This document shows, in pieces, positions 22,783 through 24,673 of a stretch of DNA of 24,673 nucleotides (positions are counted from its first letter, which is position 1; every line of letters begins with the position of its first letter). Source of the stretch: a virus (Duplodnaviria; Caudoviricetes); IMG/VR virus record IMGVR_UViG_3300020044_001744, positions 1 to 24,673 of that record; one strand, written 5' to 3'. A program made the position numbers and the translations under genes. Under the pieces are notes generated by a model. It saw only the letters and a list, made by a program, of their open reading frames with translations, did not search any database and was not told the DNA's origin.

Positions 22783-24673
22783 GAGTTACCCCTTCTACCG
22801 TCTGATTTGATGTCAATACGAGGCGCACCTAACTGCCATGTTGTGCCAACCTGCGTTGATTCCATTTGGAATATTAACTGCCTACCACGGACACGAATGT
22901 ACACCTGCCCTGTAAACTCCTCAATCGGGGCGGTGGCAATACGCTGAATAGAAGCATTGCTTGTATTTGCCGTAGAGCGTGGATCAGTTGCGCCTGATCC
23001 TGAGTTCTCAAACGGGATCAAAGTCATAGTACATTGAGGTGTACCGCTGGTAGAGCCACGGAAGGTCAAGTCAGGCAGGACGCGCCAAATGAATCCAAAG
23101 TTATGACCGTCGTCAATGTCAAACTCAGAAGAGCCGATCAAGGCGCTGATAGCCGTAGTTGTGGATGTAGCGTTGTCGTCCACGCCAAGTTCATGGTTGA
23201 CCAAGTTATTGATATAGGTTGCACCCAAGGGGTAGTTACGTAAGCCCGAATCAAGCCACGCAGATCGTGCCATCGTGCCGTAGTACCAGATGTCCTCAAG
23301 GTAGTTGTAAATAACGTACTTGTCCACGGTATTGCTACCGGCAGAACAATAGAACCACCACGCCTCATTAAAACCTTCGTTGGTTCCGGCAAAGACTTGG
23401 CACGCCTGCGTTAAATTAATGTCGCTAAAGATGTACTGCCGCAGGTCGCAACGCAAAGTCTGCACACGTCCGTCGTATTTGTAGAACTTGTCTACGCCCA
23501 TCCAATACACCACGCCGGAGGCTAGGCAAACTGCGTTAGGGCCGATAATTGATACGTTGTCTCCCAACAGTTGAGAAGCCCAAACCACGGGCGGCCCAAC
23601 GTATTGAAGCGAGTAGATGGCGGAGTCCGTAAACACCACAATCTCTTGACGGGCTTGGATGGACGTGACAATTTCAGAGCCATGAGACAACTGCAAGCTA
23701 CCGGCTTGGTTTGTTGGGGCAGGAGTCCAAGTGAGGAAGTCTTCTTGATCCGACCAGCGAATCAACATGGGGTTTAAGGTAGATGAACTGTAGTCATCGC
23801 AACCAAACGCAAACACAAAACGGCTTGCGTCAGACACAAATACAGACAAAACCACCGATGGCACATCTGCGTCTGCTCCCACAATGCTAGATACCAACAC
23901 TGCACGGGTGTTTAAACCATTAGTTTGATCCCAATAATACAAACCGCCGCCACGGGGATTTAGCAACAAGTCTTCACCAAAGTTAGATTGACTCCACAAA
24001 CGCAGAGAAGACGTAGATCCTCCGCCTGTGCCCCAAAGTCCAGCGCCCCATGCTCCAGCACCCCAGCCTGTTAGTGGAACTGCGTATTCAGGGCCAACGT
24101 TGATTTGATAAGCGGCAACAACGGAAGCACCGCCACCGGGAGAGCCTGCAATAGCTGTGGCGTTTGGCGTGACTGAAATAACAATGGTATATGTGTTGGC
24201 ATTAACAACCGTGACTTCAAACTCTTGGTTTAGAACCGCCGCCGTAACGTTGGTTCCGCCCGAGCCAATATCTACCGCGCCGCTAAAGGTTACAAAGTCG
24301 CCCGTCACGCAGCCATGAGCAGTGTCTGTTACCGTGACTGTGGTGGATGCCGTCAGCGCAAACGGGTTGTTGTTGATAGTAGGTGCAGGAACTACACGCA
24401 GGGGCGTAATGTCGTTGTACGAGCCACCTGACTCAATGTAAAACTTTAAGTTAGTGCCCACTCCAACAAGGTTAGCACCACCAAGTGTGACCCAATTCCA
24501 CAATGACCGGCATACACCTTCGTAAGTCTCATCGGAGATGCGAACCCAGCCGCCAATCTTCTCGGGGGTTCCAGCGCGAAACCGAACCTTCTCAGACTCA
24601 TACCATCCACCAGCCGCATTAGTGCCGGAATTTACAGACCCTAAAGCCTCGGATGCGTACCGTGTGTTTTCGC
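22779..24673 (-). CDS. tail stabilisation / nozzle protein (P22 gp10-like, beta-rich), 5'-partial
   Basis: The frame stays open from 24503 to the window end (...ENTRYASE...GGWYESEKVRFRAGTPEKIGGWVRI...CRSLWNW). Motifs LWSQSNFGEDL, LIRWSDQED, AGSLQL, VYWMG and RVRGRQ. Confidence 0.75.
   Translation of the reverse strand, partial: ENTRYASEALGSVNSGTNAAGGWYESEKVRFRAGTPEKIGGWVRISDETYEGVCRSLWNWVTLGGANLVGVGTNLKFYIESGGSYNDITPLRVVPAPTINNNPFALTASTTVTVTDTAHGCVTGDFVTFSGAVDIGSGGTNVTAAVLNQEFEVTVVNANTYTIVISVTPNATAIAGSPGGGASVVAAYQINVGPEYAVPLTGWGAGAWGAGLWGTGGGSTSSLRLWSQSNFGEDLLLNPRGGGLYYWDQTNGLNTRAVLVSSIVGADADVPSVVLSVFVSDASRFVFAFGCDDYSSSTLNPMLIRWSDQEDFLTWTPAPTNQAGSLQLSHGSEIVTSIQARQEIVVFTDSAIYSLQYVGPPVVWASQLLGDNVSIIGPNAVCLASGVVYWMGVDKFYKYDGRVQTLRCDLRQYIFSDINLTQACQVFAGTNEGFNEAWWFYCSAGSNTVDKYVIYNYLEDIWYYGTMARSAWLDSGLRNYPLGATYINNLVNHELGVDDNATSTTTAISALIGSSEFDIDDGHNFGFIWRVLPDLTFRGSTSGTPQCTMTLIPFENSGSGATDPRSTANTSNASIQRIATAPIEEFTGQVYIRVRGRQLIFQMESTQVGTTWQLGAPRIDIKSDGRRGNS

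Larger units (their letters stand above)
50..23917. repeat. dispersed palindromic octamer GTTTAAAC, 25 copies counted
   Basis: Starts at 50, 538, 580, 646, 2564, 3102, 4307, 5306, 5546, 5993, 6345, 8307, 10433, 10742, 11112, 13515, 13799, 15574, 15833, 17619, 20221, 21158, 22532, 22669 and 23910. Confidence 0.95.

Noticed and set aside
6780-23777. Numerous short ORF-track entries antisense to or nested in the large minus-strand genes
   Set aside because: Shadow frames of long real genes, with no recognisable motifs or ribosome-binding sites.
50-23917. GTTTAAAC copies as a CRISPR array or cloning scars
   Set aside because: Spacing is irregular (42 bp to about 2.6 kb), and reading frames and protein motifs run intact through the sites.
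24501-24503. TTG 24503 as the start of the tail gene
   Set aside because: The frame is open to the window end with protein-like sequence, so the true start is outside the window.
1-24673. Stop-codon reassignment, introns or inteins
   Set aside because: Genes tile densely under the standard code with TAA, TAG and TGA all used as stops. No intein motifs or split genes were seen.

Overview
This is a 24.7-kb piece of a tailed dsDNA phage genome. It looks podovirus-like; resemblance to uncultured freshwater proteobacterial phages is inferred from gene style only. It has three parts. (1) 1-680 is a mostly non-coding control region with a consensus leftward sigma70 promoter and a highly structured leader RNA. 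(2) 680-6742 holds a leftward RusA-like resolvase, then a rightward operon: Cas4-like PD-(D/E)XK exonuclease, DUF1071/Sak3-like annealase, SSB and about 15 small, translationally coupled genes. (3) 6729-24673 is a leftward virion module: tail stabilisation/nozzle protein, three probable internal/ejected proteins and a 2899-aa polyvalent protein. Three signals stand out. The palindrome GTTTAAAC occurs at least 25 times against about 0.4 expected, inside and outside genes. The giant protein looks like a chain of enzyme cassettes (HExxH peptidase, ART-like, GP88 Cys-triad domain, ART-PolyVal, ParB-like, LPD38), mostly separated by a recurring [KR]-[FYM]-S-[LV]-[RK] linker. The left-end leader carries two multi-stem RNAs behind a promoter with a 19-bp spacer and an internal dyad. 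Family names come from motif recognition by eye, not from database searches.
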